DNA of 64,000 nucleotides from NCBI GenBank assembly GCA_000165425.1, contig CT868119.1:62001-126000 (forward strand), read 5' to 3'. Position 1 is the stretch's first letter; each line of letters begins with the position of its first letter. The stretch is from Paramecium tetraurelia (Eukaryota). Below the pieces are notes generated by a model. It was not told the origin of the DNA, made no database searches, and was given only the letters and a program-made list of their open reading frames with translations. Of this stretch, positions 27,501 through 41,564 are shown one piece after another. Position numbers and translations under genes: made by a program.

Positions 27501-28228
27501 TCAATCTTTATAGACATTAAATCTAGAGATTTTGAAGGTTAATTGCTTCAAATCTTATTCAAGTACTTACTATTAACTTTTTATTTGATCAAACTTGTTT
27601 TATTTATTTGAGTTGTGAAAATTGTTGATTGTTTCTTCAATTACATTTTCAACATCTTTAGCATTTTAATGATAATCTTCTTCAGATCCTATCAATTATG
27701 CCAACCCATCCAACTTGGCTTGAAGTTGACTGTAGTAATTTCCTTACTCACTTGGCAATACTTTTTAATATTTCGAGGAATATAATTTAACTGCACTCTA
27801 CGTTTAATTAGCATCTCTTGGAGTGGGGATTTGAAACTTCGATTACTTAGGTGATTGCTTGAATTGAGACATGGATCTCATTGGACTTATAAACTTTGAT
27901 GAATTAAATTCATTTCTCATTTAAGCATTTGGTGATTAATTTTGTCTTATCATATTTTTCAAAGGACTCCCTTAAAAATCTAAATTACATCGATTTTAAT
28001 ATACTTGTAACGGAAGTTCTCTACTTAGTTCTTTGTCTACCTAAGTCTTATTTCAAGGTAGCCAAATTGACATTATCCTTCTTATTTGATTGCGAAGCCT
28101 AGATTAAAATATCAATATAAGATGCATACTAATTTAAAGATAGTTTAAGCCAGTATTTGTTTCTATTTGAACTTACTGTTAATCTCCTGCCTGTATTTTT
28201 GCAATTGTTACGACAGATCAATATTCAT
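27501..28228 (-). CDS. Hypothetical protein (SP-rich, coiled-coil end)
   Basis: Open frame after removing 31- and 25-nt introns. Confidence 0.65.
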
Positions 28229-28805
28229 TTAACAGATAAAATATAGTAATAACTTTTATTATTAAATAAATCACAAATATTGAAATAATGCCATTCTGCA
28301 TATAAATTAGTATTATTCAAATATCTCAATTTCAAATTGAGCTTAAGAATACTAATTTTTCCAATCTCATTTATGCTAATATAATATAATTTCTAACATA
28401 TTTTGAATATGTGTTTATTTATTAGTCATATGAAATGAATTATTTAATGATATTATTGTAATATTGTTAATTGAATAATAAGAGTATAAGTTGGTTAATT
28501 TTAAACAAAATACATTTTTATCAATAATGAATGGAAGTTAGAGATTGCTTGCTTATTTTAATTGAAAAGAAATTTATATTAAATAGATTTTTATTTAAGA
28601 TAACAAAAACAAGAAATGCTGCTATTTATGGTTTTTTGTATCTTAGAAGACTTTTGATGAAATTTATACTTTGAATAAACCATTTTTAGTATGTCCTTGT
28701 AAAATATTATAAACTGAATATAATATTAATATATTTATTTTGTTTTACGTATCATATTGATTATGTTTTATAAGAAAAAAAATTAAATATTAATTTAAAT
28801 TATTA

Positions 28806-29537
28806 ATGAAATAAAAAAATTAAAAATAATTCAAATTATATTATTTCCAAGAATCATTCCATCAAGAAAATAGCACATTTGCAATAGTAATTGGATTAGG
28901 AGTGGAACAAATGGATATAAATAAATAGATTGGAATTAATTTGTCTTAATCCTTTAAAAATGGAGACACAATGTTAATGAGATCTATCGATATTAATGAT
29001 GAAGAATTAAGAAAAATATTATAAGAGTATTTGACTGAGGAAGAATAAAAATAATATGTTTTTGAGAGACCAGAAGAATATTTTGATTAATTCAATATAT
29101 TTAAACATTTAGTCAAGGAATAGGTTTATCTAGCTATTCTTCCAAGAGGATAATTTGTTTTATATTAGAAAAATGATAAAATTGATAAAATTAATTTGGA
29201 TGATTCAATAGCTAGTATAAGAGAACACTTGTAATAGTTCAAAGAATTGGATTAAACCCAAAAGGAGTTCCATTTGCATAGAATTCTATATAATATGAAG
29301 GAATAAATAGATGGGGAATTACCTTAATTGGGATTAGAGAAAAAGTAAAAGGAATGTAATACTATGATTTTAATTAAATTAGTTAAGAATGCGGAAGAAA
29401 AATTAGAATATGAAGTTGAGATGAGACAATATACGGGGAAAGCTTTATTTAGCATTCCGACATTTGATAAGACATTAGTTCATTACAATTGGGATAATAT
29501 GTAATAAATTCCCTAAAAATTGTTATTTTAATAGTGA
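28806..29537 (+). CDS. Hypothetical 243-aa protein, weak resemblance to the TANGO2/NRDE fold
   Basis: Intronless ORF; QIGINL...NGD, KILQEYLT, CNTMILIK recall TANGO2 WLGI...G, LVTHFLT, TNTIILVD. Confidence 0.6.
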
Positions 29538-29602
29538 ATTGTTAATTTATATACAAATATTAAGAATTTAGAAATTCATTAAAAAAAACAAAATCTAAAT
29601 AA

Positions 29603-31717
29603 ATGGGGTATTTGAATGATAAAGGAGTAACTTATGATTACTTTGAATCTTTGGCATTCTAAAAGACGTTGAAAGAAAAAGGAATAGTGTAATTTTTGAG
29701 TTTGTTGAAAATCTTTGGGAAATTCCAATTACATGAACATTAATTTGAACATCTCTCTGATCCTAATGTGAAATAGGTAGAGACCAAGATGTAGTTGTTT
29801 TGGGGTGATGAATTTGAAGGACACGTGATAAAGTTGTATGATGACAAGAAGTTGGCTCTCTTGAACCCCAATACAGGTAAAAATAATATAAATAAACATA
29901 GGTGGTTTATTTTAAAGTTTGGGTGAAGAACAATAGAAGAAGTTGCCATTTGTAATATTGCCAGAATTTGGAGCTTGGATGATTGAATTGACACCAAACA
30001 AGCCATATCAATGCATGTGCTTCAATTTTGATCAAGTCTTAATAAATATGAGAAAGAGAATCCAAACACTCTAGAGTTACCTACCATAAGGAAATCAATA
30101 TGTACTTATCCCAGTCTATCCGATGTTGGGAGTTGGTAGATTTACAACAACAGTCGAGAGTGATTTGACTGCTTCAATGATTGAGAAGATCAGAAGTCAG
30201 ACTAGTTACATTGAGGGAACTCCAACTTTGTAATAAGATGAAAAGTAGTTCCAAAATGAAAAATTGATCTAGCCAGCAACACCATATAAAGAATTACCAG
30301 TGGAACCTATTTGTAATTACTTCTCTTAGAGTATATACTTTGATGACAGAATCATTAATCCTCATCCAAGATACTCAACTTTAGCTTAGAATATTAGATT
30401 AAGAAGAGGATCAAAGGTAGAAATAAAAATACCGTTGTTCATTGATTAAAATACAAAAATAGAATAGAGTGAATACGAACCAAATCCAGGGTATTTCTAT
30501 TATTTTATTATTGTTAGATATATAACAATGGATCATATGGGATTTGGAATGGGAAATTGTGCACTCCAAACTACTTATTTGAGTATTGATATAGATCATG
30601 CCAGATTATTGTATGATCAATTAGCTGTTTTGGCTCCTTTGTTCGCAGCTTTGACAGCAGGTAGTCCAATTTATAAAGGAAAATTATCGAATTGGGACAC
30701 TAAATGGGATTGTTTGGAAATGTCAGTTGATTGTAGAAGTGAAAATGAAAGAAATCCTTAACATCCCAATCATATTCCTAAATCAAGATATTCATCAATT
30801 TCATATTTCATTTCTAATGATAAAATGAACTTAGAAGAATACAACGATTTAAACTTTCCAGCGAATGAGGAAATCATGAAATTTGCTAAATAAAAAGCAT
30901 CAGAAATGAACATACCACTTGATGACAAATTACTTAGACACTTGGGAATACTATTCTTGAGAGACAACATGGTTATGTTTAAGGATAAAATACATATTGA
31001 TGATAACACAGCTCACTTTGAAGCCATCTAATCAAGTAATTGGAATTCTGTCAGATTTAAACCACCTCCTTCTTATAATTCAAAAATTGGATGGAGGGTA
31101 GAATTCAGAACTATGGAAATTTAATTGACTGCAGAAGAAAATGCTGCATGGTCTATCATGATACTAATGATTGTTCGATTGTTCTTTACAGTAATTTATT
31201 TATTCTATCTTTTTAGAACTATATTCCAGTCAACTTTTATATGCCCTTGTCCCTTGTTGATGAAAATATGAGAAGATCAAAGGAGAAAGGAGCTATTTTA
31301 AATTAAAAATTCTACTTTAGAACCAACTTCTAAGATTATGGTCCAGCCACTATTGAGGAGTTATCTTTACAAGAAATATTTTTTGGTAAATAAGATGGAT
31401 CTTTCATTGGAATTATAGGATTAATTCATCAAAATAGAAATGTGGTTAATAAATAGCAGTGTGCATAGAAGGAAGAGCACATTTACTTAAAAAATAAAAC
31501 ACTTCAAGATGAAGTCATTGAGTTTGTAAGAAACAAGGTTAATGGGAATACTAAAACACTTGCTTCATGGATGAGAGATTTTGTTACTTCACATCAGAAT
31601 TATAATTAGGATTCCATTGTATCTCATGAAATCAATTATGATCTCATCAAAACTCTCACTGCTATTAAAGATAGACAAAAAGAGGATCCACACTTTCCCT
31701 TAATATTTAGTATGTGA
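29603..31717 (+). CDS. GCLC: Glutamate-cysteine ligase catalytic subunit
   Basis: [75 protein letters not shown]. Confidence 0.95.
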
Positions 31718-31759
31718 TTTTAAATTTTAAACTCCATATTTGATTCTTTATAATCATTT

Positions 31760-32203
31760 TCATATTAACAAAATTGGAATTCCAATAATTTAAGATTGCG
31801 ATTGAATATTGGCAAAATCATTTTGCATCAATGATTTCTCGTTTATTCTTCCATAAAATGTTCCTTATGGAAGTGTCATTTCAAAAAGAGAATTTCTATC
31901 CTCATGAATTAATTTATCTTGTTCTACTAACTCTACTCTCGTTATAATATGCTCTTAAGATAATGGATGTCTAAATTGCCAATATATTTACATCATCACA
32001 ATCAGCTCATCTTTTAGCTTTTTTGGCTCTATTTTGTGTACTTTTTTGGAAATTGCCAAAACAGGTTTATTGATTTCTTATTTGATATCATAAACTTTAT
32101 TTATATATCTAACATCAAGTAGATAATCATAAGCAGCTACTATTGAAATAAGACTTCCAATAATGTATGCTTTGGATTATAATTTCAACGCAAAAGTATT
32201 CAT
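31760..32203 (-). CDS. Small hypothetical protein with hydrophobic N-terminal segment
   Basis: Intronless code-6 ORF MNTFALKLQSKAYIIGSLISIVAAYDYL... Confidence 0.6.
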
Positions 32204-32469
32204 CTCTTATATTATAAATATTGGAATTAAAAATAATTGAGGATAATACTAATAATTATGGAAATTGTTTACAATATTATTTAAATGCAAATTTCTGAAT
32301 TTTGAATACTATTTCAAAACTTTAATATTATAGTACTAAATTTAACATTTATCGAGTTGATACTCAAAACAATTAATTAATTGTTTGTATACATAAATTG
32401 ATTAAAATAGTTTTATATAATACTAATGATACCATAAAAATAAACGTATAATAGGTTTAGTAATTCAAA

Positions 32470-33681
32470 TCATTTTTACACATTTGAATATCTTGAGTTT
32501 CTTGAGGAGTTTTATGGTTTTTTATTAGAAATTCTCCAAACAAATACTTAACATTCATCTAATTTTACTAATTCAACCGGAGGTTTGATACAATTACTTT
32601 TTTTTACTTCGTATGATATATGACGAATTGAATTTTCGCTATTGTCTAAGTACCTTTGATTAGAATATTGCTTCAAAATTGGATCTTCCAATGTTTTAAG
32701 AACCTTCTTATATCGTTCGCTTTCGCAACTTTTGTTTATTATTTGAGGAAGAATAAATCGATTCATCCTTTTTAATTCAAAATTAGTGGTTCTTATCTAT
32801 TTCTACAATTTCAGGATTAAATTATCTACACCTGTTTCATAATGCTTAAACATATTAATTGTAATATTATATTATAATTTTGTCGTAAAAAGAGATATTC
32901 ATAATGCTCAGAAAGGTGTTTGAACACTATCTTGGCTTTAAATAGTCCAGCCACTTACTTTCCTAATTAGTTAAATCTACTTGTCAATCTTTTCATTCCT
33001 AATTTTATTAGTACTTTTTGTTTGTTCGCATTGATAACTCGTTTTATTTAAGCTTCTTAGGGTGGGACTTGCATATTCTGTTTGCATATTTTGATGATGA
33101 GAAAGATAATTCTATATGCTCTTACTTTAAGTATGCTATATAGATTCTAATACTCTAGGTTTCTGAATGAAAAATTGTCTTTCAGTCAAATTAGTGTTGC
33201 TGTTTTGTTTCTGATGATCCACAACGAGCAATTAGGTTGACAATTAAAACTCCATAGAGGGGATGTTTTTTCGAATCCTCAAAGGCGAATTTCGCTCAGA
33301 TTAGATTTCTGTTTTTTTCTTATTATGTTCAACAATTCTATCTATAAAATTATATTAATTAGGCGTAACTTAAGTTTTATTTCGAGTGATTTTATTTAAT
33401 CTTAAAAGTTTAGAAACAATAGATCCACTATGATAATTGGGTTCTTAGTTTGAAGTGAGAAGTACCTGTGGTGAATGATTTTTTTCTTCCTTTTTTTCTT
33501 ATCCAGTTGTTTTTATATATTTTATCTAACTATTGCTTCTCTCCTTTGAACGTATTACTTCCAAGATCTGACGTATCGTAGTGATCGAGGGTTGATTTAA
33601 TTTATTTGATTGAATATCAGGTTATTTTTGTCTTTAGACGAGATAATGATTAGCTTTCCTGTAATTCTCCTGATAATACAT
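32470..33681 (-). CDS. Hypothetical low-complexity protein
   Basis: Code-6 ORF with short introns; includes ORF-track fragment MNRFILPQII. Confidence 0.6.
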
Positions 33682-33737
33682 TTAATTAATCAATAATAAT
33701 AATTAAATAATAAGGTTTGAATTATGTTTTACAAATA

Positions 33738-34130
33738 TCATTCATGAATACTGAGAGTATATGCTGACGCTTTATAATGTTAGTAGGAATACAATTCCTT
33801 GATTTCAGGTTAAGATAGATTATTTTCATTTTTTTTCAATCCTTATTTTTAGATTATTTACGGCAACCTATTAATTTATCTTGGCTTAAAGAATGCATCT
33901 TTAGCTCCAGTTAACTTAAACTTTCTCTCATTATTATTATTTATGATCGACGGATTAAAGTGTTTATTTCCTAACTTGATCTTAGGTAAAACCAATTTAG
34001 GTTGATCATCTTCAATTTAAGTTAGCACTCTTCTTCTAGTATTGTTAAATTAAGGAGTTTCCATATCATCTAGAGATATCGTTTTGCTCTCCTCATATAG
34101 ACTGGAGACTTTCGCTCTTTTCGGAATCAT
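33738..34130 (-). CDS. Small basic hypothetical protein
   Basis: Intronless ORF MIPKRAKVSSLYEE...LSIHE*. Confidence 0.6.
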
Positions 34131-34794
34131 CTTACTTATTTTATATTTTATATTATTATTTATATCTAAAATTTTTGATGGCTAATGCATTCTCATTATT
34201 TTTGTCTTAAAATTTTTAGTTTCCAATCTAAAAAGTATAAGTTCCATTCTCTCATTACAGGATTTAAATTAAATTCACTCCTTATTAAGTATGTAAGAGA
34301 TTATTAATTAATTTGCAGCCATTTAAAAACATAATTAATTATTTTAATGATGACAATAATAATATCATCTTCATCATTTTTATTAATACTTAATTAGATC
34401 TCCTATATAGAGGATATTCTAATTAGTTTTCATTAGCTAAATTAATTGAACTTTGTTCTACTCGCTCATTTAAGAATTATGACTATTAAATTTAATCATT
34501 TTTTTGATAAATTAAATTTGAGTTTTCAATTTTCAATTAATTTTTTTCTAGTTCCAACAACATTGTGATTATTATCAATCTCATAAATCTAATCAATAGG
34601 AAATTAAATTAAACTGTAAAAAATGTTTCAGTATATAATTTAAAAATTAACCAAAATATAATATAATTTAATTCATTGAACTCGTCTAAAGATAGAGAAT
34701 CTTATTGTTACTTCTTCCATAGTTAAAGAATACAGGTTCATTTATAATATAACAAAAATAATTAAAATACACATTGCATTATATATATTATTTA

Positions 34795-36661
34795 TCAATC
34801 TAATTTTTCTGATTTCCTCAACGCTAAAAGTGCATAGTTTCCAACAACTACTAAGGGTACACTTAGGACTCCTAAAACTGATACGGTTTCAATCAAATTT
34901 AATTTAATCCAAAATAAGGTTAGAACAACAAATAGCCCTATGATTAAAGCAATAAACAAATAAACAATGTTTGAATTGTTCTTAGGCAATTTCTCAAAAC
35001 TTAGATTTAAATTTGAGATGATTCTGAGGAAAAATATGAAAGCAATAACAATAATTGCGACAAAGAAGGAAACAAACTAGAATATATAATAGGTAACTTA
35101 CAAAGAATGGAATTTCAGGTTCCTCTTGGCTGAATTGATGGACGATTTCCTAAGGCAATTTATAATGGCCGTCACTTTAGAAGGTAGTTTAAGCTTAAAA
35201 CTTAGTATCTATTTTGAGGAAACTCCATCTTTTAGGCAATACATTTGAATCAGCCAGAAGCAATTCAACTTAATAGATTGCATTGAGTGGTGTAACATGA
35301 TCAGGGTCTCCGAAATCAATAATACCATAAAATATCTTTCTTTTGGTATCATACTCAGCAAAGACTTAGGTGGTAGCAGAGGGATATTTGGGATGAACAA
35401 GTCTGATGGCAACTTATGATTTAACATGATTTTTAGTCTACTTAAATTTGATGATTACTTTGATGATGACATGTAGGAAACTCTTTTCATTAGCATTTAG
35501 AGTGGCAGGATACACTTCTCCACTTTCAACACTGTGATGGAAATTGGGTTTTGAAGTCTTAGAATCAACAACATCAAACATGACTTCCTCAATCTCAATC
35601 TCTTGTAATACCTTAATAGTGTGTTTAAACTTAATGTTTAATAAGTAATCTTACAACGTAATTGGGGAAATGCAATTCAAAGGGAAGTGAGCCAACTGTT
35701 GAAACCTCAAAATAGCCACTAAATTCTTTTGATTTTATTGGAGTATATGTGTAATTCTCCTTTTGACTTTCAATGAAAGCTGAGACTTCTGTAGGTTAGA
35801 CCTTTTCTCCTTTGAAGTTAACGAACTTAACATTGATTTGGGCTTTTCCCTTATTCACCAGGTAATAGTCTTAGAAAATGGGATGGACGATGGAGTTGAC
35901 TTGGCTCAATGAGAATAACTTTGTAATCCAATACTATTCATCAATAGATCCTAAGACTTGGGTTCTTTAGAAGAGGAAGTTGATAATAGTTTATTGGTAG
36001 ATCTGACTTTAGAGGAGGTCTTAGAGTTTGGGATGGAGATTGGTGATGTTGAAAGTAAAAAATGAGTATAATATTGAGGCAGTGACTGCTGCTGAATTAT
36101 CTCTATCCAATATTCCGATGACTCCGTCGTACATTTCTTAGAAGTTAAAGATGGCTTCTTGGATTGCCTAATGGACCTTGGGGGTGTCATTGTGAATAGT
36201 GTTGCAAATAGTGGCAAGATGATATACTTGAGCTGCTGTTCTATATGAGTCATCTTATTTTTTAAGCTATGGCTTGGCTGCACCTCCAGCTGTGATAAAA
36301 TACTCTAATTATGGACATTACCCGTTCAGAAGGGAATTATAGTAAATTGATTCGAAATCATCTTAATCAATCTATGGTAAGTCGATGTTGTAGTCCACCT
36401 GACATTCTTCCAAAAATGATGAGGCAAGCTTTGTATAATATGCATCTTAGGCTGTTGTTAAAGTATACTCTTTCAACCAAGTACAAACCTTATTAGATTA
36501 AATTTCCATACTTGATCTTGATCCACGTCAGCCTGTAAATCAGAAGCTATTGACAATTAGTATGCTAATTTTTTGAGGGATTCAGGTTTGGTCACAAATA
36601 GGTTTTGCTTGTATTTGGGAAATGCAAAAACTGTGGTCAATAAGAGTATTGCAATGATCAT
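34795..36661 (-). CDS. RPN2: Oligosaccharyltransferase subunit ribophorin II (Swp1)
   Basis: Signal peptide MIIAILLLTTVFA; EIVHQFSQEEP followed by three TM helices with LFWIKLNLIET and GNYAL; lysine-containing tail KSEKLD. Confidence 0.82.
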
Positions 36662-36908
36662 TAATTAAATTTATATGGAATCTATTAATCTAAAGAAATG
36701 AAGATCCTTTACATGTTTATCGGATACAATTTAATATTAATCTCCCCTGTTGTTTTCCAAAAGAAGGGACTTGATAAAACCATTTTGGATTGAGAATCCA
36801 ATATCAGAATTAGTTCTATCAATTTAGACTCTTAATTTACTTGCAAAGGAGAACAACTGCAATGTAGTAACCAATAGAGCTTGCAAATTAATAGAATATA
36901 AATATATA

Positions 36909-38363
36909 TCATTCTTGTTGTTATTGTAATTCTGCTTCCCTTCTTTCTTGTTCCCTCCTTCTTTCATCATCACTGTCTGGTTCCAATTCATCAGGTTATT
37001 CTCTGGGATTGGGTTCAGGTATTTCATCGATATCTTCAGGTTCTTCTTGAACATCATTTGGAGCAAGAGGATTAAATGAGTTTTATTAATTCTTATTTCC
37101 ATATCCAAAATAAATGCTAATGAAATCACTTGACTATGATAGTATTTCATGCTAATAAATACATTACTAACAGTAATTGCACCAGGCCATAAATAATTTC
37201 TTAATAATACTATTTAATAACTCAAAGGTAATTCTTCCTAATTAGTATATTGTTGTGTTTCTCCAAAAATCTTAATGTTCCAATTTCCTTCATTTTATTC
37301 AAAAGCTACAACTTAATCATATGATTACGTTTGTCATCCTTAATGGACTTTAATCTTTCAAGTTCTGGATCAGCCTCCTTCATCTAATTAAGCTCTTCTT
37401 CCTTTAGAGAAGGATCTTCATAAAATGTGATCCTTCCTTGCTTTAAAATATTTGGAGGCAAGTGAACCCAGCCATCCATAGTGGATAGCTCTGCTGATTC
37501 TGGCATTTTGAATTCGTCTTCAAAAGTGATTTATTTAGTATCTTCGTCATATCTGTATAACCCTTTGGGTGCTAATAGATTGGCATGAGTTATTCTCAAA
37601 ATTTAGGCTTTGAGCAAATGCTTTTCCTTTCCATCGAATCGAGGATACTGACTAATTTCTTTATTTAAATTTCCACTAAACACATAAGTGATATATCGAC
37701 TAGCTTCCATTTATTTACGGGTAACCTAAGGCAGTAGTGCCCAATCCTCCAGTACTATTTGACTTTATTATAATTGTTACAGTCCTGAGTAACATAATGA
37801 ACATATTCATTAAGTTTTTCATCGCAATCAGGAGGTTGAGGCTCCTTATATGATTTAGACAATAAAACTTCAATGACATAGTAGTCTCTCTCTTATGCAA
37901 AGAGTTTTCCCCAAAACCTAATATTAACAATGTTAGCATCTCTGATGGCAATGGATTTAAGAGACTGTTGGATAAGATAAGCATCATCGTCTGTGAATCC
38001 ATAACCAACATTATTCAATAGAGCATTAAGTTTTAGGAAGTTCTGGACTGTGGCATTGATTACTTTGGCTTTTATTTGCATAAGTTACATTTATTTTTTA
38101 CAATACTCTTACCATGGGAATATTTGATCTTGTAGATTATTAACCTGTTCAGCAGTTTTAAGTGGTATATGATAAAATCGGTTCTCTTTGATGAAATTGC
38201 TCAGATCTTCGAAATCAGACAAACCTAAGATAATGGTGGATGGGGTACTTTATGCCTTGTAGTATTTATTCTCTTGCATTTAGTAATAGATTTCACAGAA
38301 ATGATTGTAGAGTGTTTTGCCTTTGTAATTAGAATCTAATATTTTTTATAATTGAACATCCAT
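36909..38363 (-). CDS. RSPH4: Radial spoke head protein RSPH4/6 family
   Basis: IRFWGKLF..ERDYYVIE, YPRFDGKEKHLLKAQILRITHA, GWVHLPPNILKQGR, WPGA, YFGYG, EIPEPNP. Confidence 0.9.
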
Positions 38364-38404
38364 TATCCCAATCTGAATGATAATTAAATTTAAATAAAAT
38401 AAAA

Positions 38405-39337
38405 ATGCAATACTTAGACAATTATCTGCAATCCAAAGGTGGATATGACTATACAAATGTCAAGAGGTACAGAATTGATTAATTGCAATCTAAGAAATGA
38501 ATTGATGAAGGCCTAAGGATTCAAAGAGATGCCATTCACAAAAACAGGTACAACAATAGTAGGTGTCATTTTTGATGGCGGTGTGGTGATGGCAGCAGAT
38601 ACAAGAGCAACTGCTGGATCAATAGTAGCAGACAAAAATTGTGAGAAATTGCATCCCTTGGCTCCCAACATCTGGGCTGCAGGAGCAGGTACAGCTGCAG
38701 ATTTACATCATTAATGTGCTCACTTTAATGCTAAACTCAAACTTCAGAGACTCAATTTGAATAGGTAGAGTAGAGTCAATGAGGTGATTACTAAGTTGAC
38801 TGCAAAACTCTTTCCTTATAGAGGTCATATTGGTGTTGCTCTTATCATTGGTGGAATCGACTCAAATGGACCATAATTGGCTTCAGTCTCCCCTCATGGA
38901 AAGTAAAGGATTGCACCTAATCTATTAGTTATGTCTATCATCCATTTTAATCTATGGGTAGTGGGTCTCTTGCAGCTCTGGGAATTCTAGAAGCCAAGTT
39001 CTAAGACGGCCTTACCAAGCAATAAGCCATTGATCTTGCCATCGAGGCAATTGAGGCTGGAATTTTCCATGATATGGGGTATTTTTGGGATTGTATTAGT
39101 TTAGATCAGGCAGCAATGTTGATGTAGTTGCAATTACTAAGGAGGGAGTCGATTATAGAAGAAATATCAGATAATACAATGCCAAATCCCATCAGAAACA
39201 AATACCTTATCATTTCCCAGCCAATAATACACGTATAGTGATCTATTTGAATTTTAGCTGCTTTAAAGAAATATGAATTTAATTTTGAAAAACAAGAACT
39301 CAGTGAAGTCGGATAGGAGATGGAAATAGTTGAGTGA
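38405..39337 (+). CDS. PSMB7: 20S proteasome subunit beta-2 (trypsin-like)
   Basis: [60 protein letters not shown]. Confidence 0.95.
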
Positions 39338-39410
39338 TATATCACAATATAATATAACATATTCATTTGTATTTCGTAAAAATACTTATTTGATTGAAAT
39401 TATTTAATTA

Positions 39411-40227
39411 ATGGATAAACAAGATTATTATCAAGTCTTGGGAGTAGAGAAAAATGCCACCACTGAGGAGATTAAGAGTGCTTACAGAAAGTTGGCTTTG
39501 GTAGGAATTATCATAGTTATATAGATAGAAGTGGCATCCAGATAAGAACCCTGATAATCAGGAGACCGCAAAGAAGCAATTTTAATTGATTTTACAAGCC
39601 TATACAGGTTTAATTTAAATTTTGATCAATAGTTCTCTGTGATAGTCAGAAAAGAGCAAACTATGATAAATTTGGGACTGCTGATGGTGAAGAACAAATG
39701 AATTTTGATTTTGATCATTTTTATGCTCAAGATTTTGAGTCTATGATGAACTTCATGATGGGAGATGCTTTTATGAAAATGTTTACCAATATTGGCAAAC
39801 CAGGAAGAGGGAAACACAAATTCAAAATACCCTCTTCCTTTATTTTCAAATAAGCATAACCATAAAAGAAGCCACAAAAAAAAGAAGAAGAAGATGATTG
39901 GGAAACTGAAGAAGAAGTTGATGAAGATGATGATTGGAAGGATGTAGACGAAGATGATGATGATAAAAATGATAACGATAACGATGAATTCTAATCAGAC
40001 AGTGATGATGATCTCACTTAAACTGAAAATTTGTTTATGATGCCCATGTTTATAGAGGAAAATATTAAGGACACTGATAGTAATATATCTGAATTCTATT
40101 TTTAGGTAACAAGTTCAAGTGTAAATTTGATGGTTAGATATTGAAAGAATAAACCTTAGTGTAACATTTCGAGAAGAACCATAAAAAAGAATTTGCTGCT
40201 TGGAGCAAAAAAAAGCATTTTAAATGA
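39411..40227 (+). CDS. DnaJ/Hsp40 J-domain protein with acidic region and degenerate C-terminal C2H2-like motif
   Basis: [38 protein letters not shown]...LVQHFEKNH. Confidence 0.9.
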
Positions 40228-40255
40228 TTAATTAATAAATACATTATTTTTAGAA

Positions 40256-41564
40256 ATGAAAAATCGATTCCTACAACTTAAACAAAAACTTAATAATTGG
40301 AAGTGGATTGAATGCCAAGTAACTCTTCATTCTCAAACTACCTAATAAGAATCCTATCGTCTTCTTGAAACCAACTACAAAATTATGTAAGACTGTACAG
40401 TAGTTGAGGAATCACTACAATTCAATATCCAAATGCAGAAATCTTTTAATTTCTCCAAACGAATTGGATGGAATTGGCACAAAAGTTGGAAACTCCCAGA
40501 GATCATCGTTAAACCCATCCTAAATAGCTACAAATTATATACGAAAGGTCTCAGATGTAGATTAATTTGTGGCTATGTCGAGGATGTATCTACAATTAAA
40601 CAAGTTGACTTGGAAGGCAACACAGAAAAACTCTATAACGATGAAATCCAAGGTTTTTAATTCGAAAACATCAAGTTCAGTTCAACTTCATACAAGCTGG
40701 AGGTTTTTACTTATCAATAATTCTAGGGTGTCCATTTTCATGTCATTATTGAGATCTACAGAAGGGATGATATCTTCGAAAGCGAGTTAACCATTAAATC
40801 AGTGATCTCTCCTCCAATATTTGTTGACTCCAGAAAGGCTGCCAGAAATACCAAGAGGTTCGATTACTAGAAAATAATGTCGCTTATCCAACCTTTTCAT
40901 CCTTTCTCTCTCAAGAAATAACTTATCGTTCGATCCGATAAGTCAAAAATACTAAAAATTGAAGACACTCTTGAAGGACTTAACAATTATTTGATGGCCC
41001 AGAATATCAGGAATAAGTGCAGGCATCCCTACTTTCTAACTTTAAAATTTAGATCAGTCTTCGATCTCTATTATAATTCCAATCTATACTCTACACAATT
41101 GAGTTTGGAACAATTGCTTGTTAAGATTTAACAATGTTTAGTCGATAGTTTAAATTCAAATTAGAATCAGTAAGTCTTGTTGTTAAGGATGAAATATACA
41201 AATTATAGTGAACTTGATATGGGATTCTTTAGTAATAATTTGAGTCAATTATAAAATAATGTAATTCAAGTTGTTGCTGGTTCTTAAATTGACAAACATT
41301 GGGTGAAAATTAATTCAAATGAGTTGAATACTATCTATACAGAAAAGTACTCCATTTTTCCAAGAGTCTCCAATTCAGATTAAGTGTAAATGAAACAATA
41401 TTTTGATATCTCCTCTGATGAAAGTGACTCCGAAGTTTGTTGTTAAAATGATGTAATCTTTATAAATATAATGATAGGAATAAATTGAATTGGGAAAGTA
41501 ATAAAATTTACAGGAATTTTATGAAACAAAAATTGAAATTCAAAAAAAGAAAGTTTGTCTATGA
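40256..41564 (+). CDS. Uncharacterised protein with putative Ig-fold (NDT80/CudA/p53-like) DNA-binding domain
   Basis: FENIKFSSTSYKLEGVHFHVIIEIY and ISPPIFVDSRKAAR; two short introns. The gene is secure, the domain call is inferred. Confidence 0.7.

Noticed and set aside
29529..29537. TAA TAG TGA triple stop
   Set aside because: Reads Gln-Gln-stop in this code; expected by chance.
36699..36701. In-frame TGA as selenocysteine in a mini-ORF
   Set aside because: No redox motif context, no clear AUGA/AA/GA SECIS core, and the ORF has no clean end.
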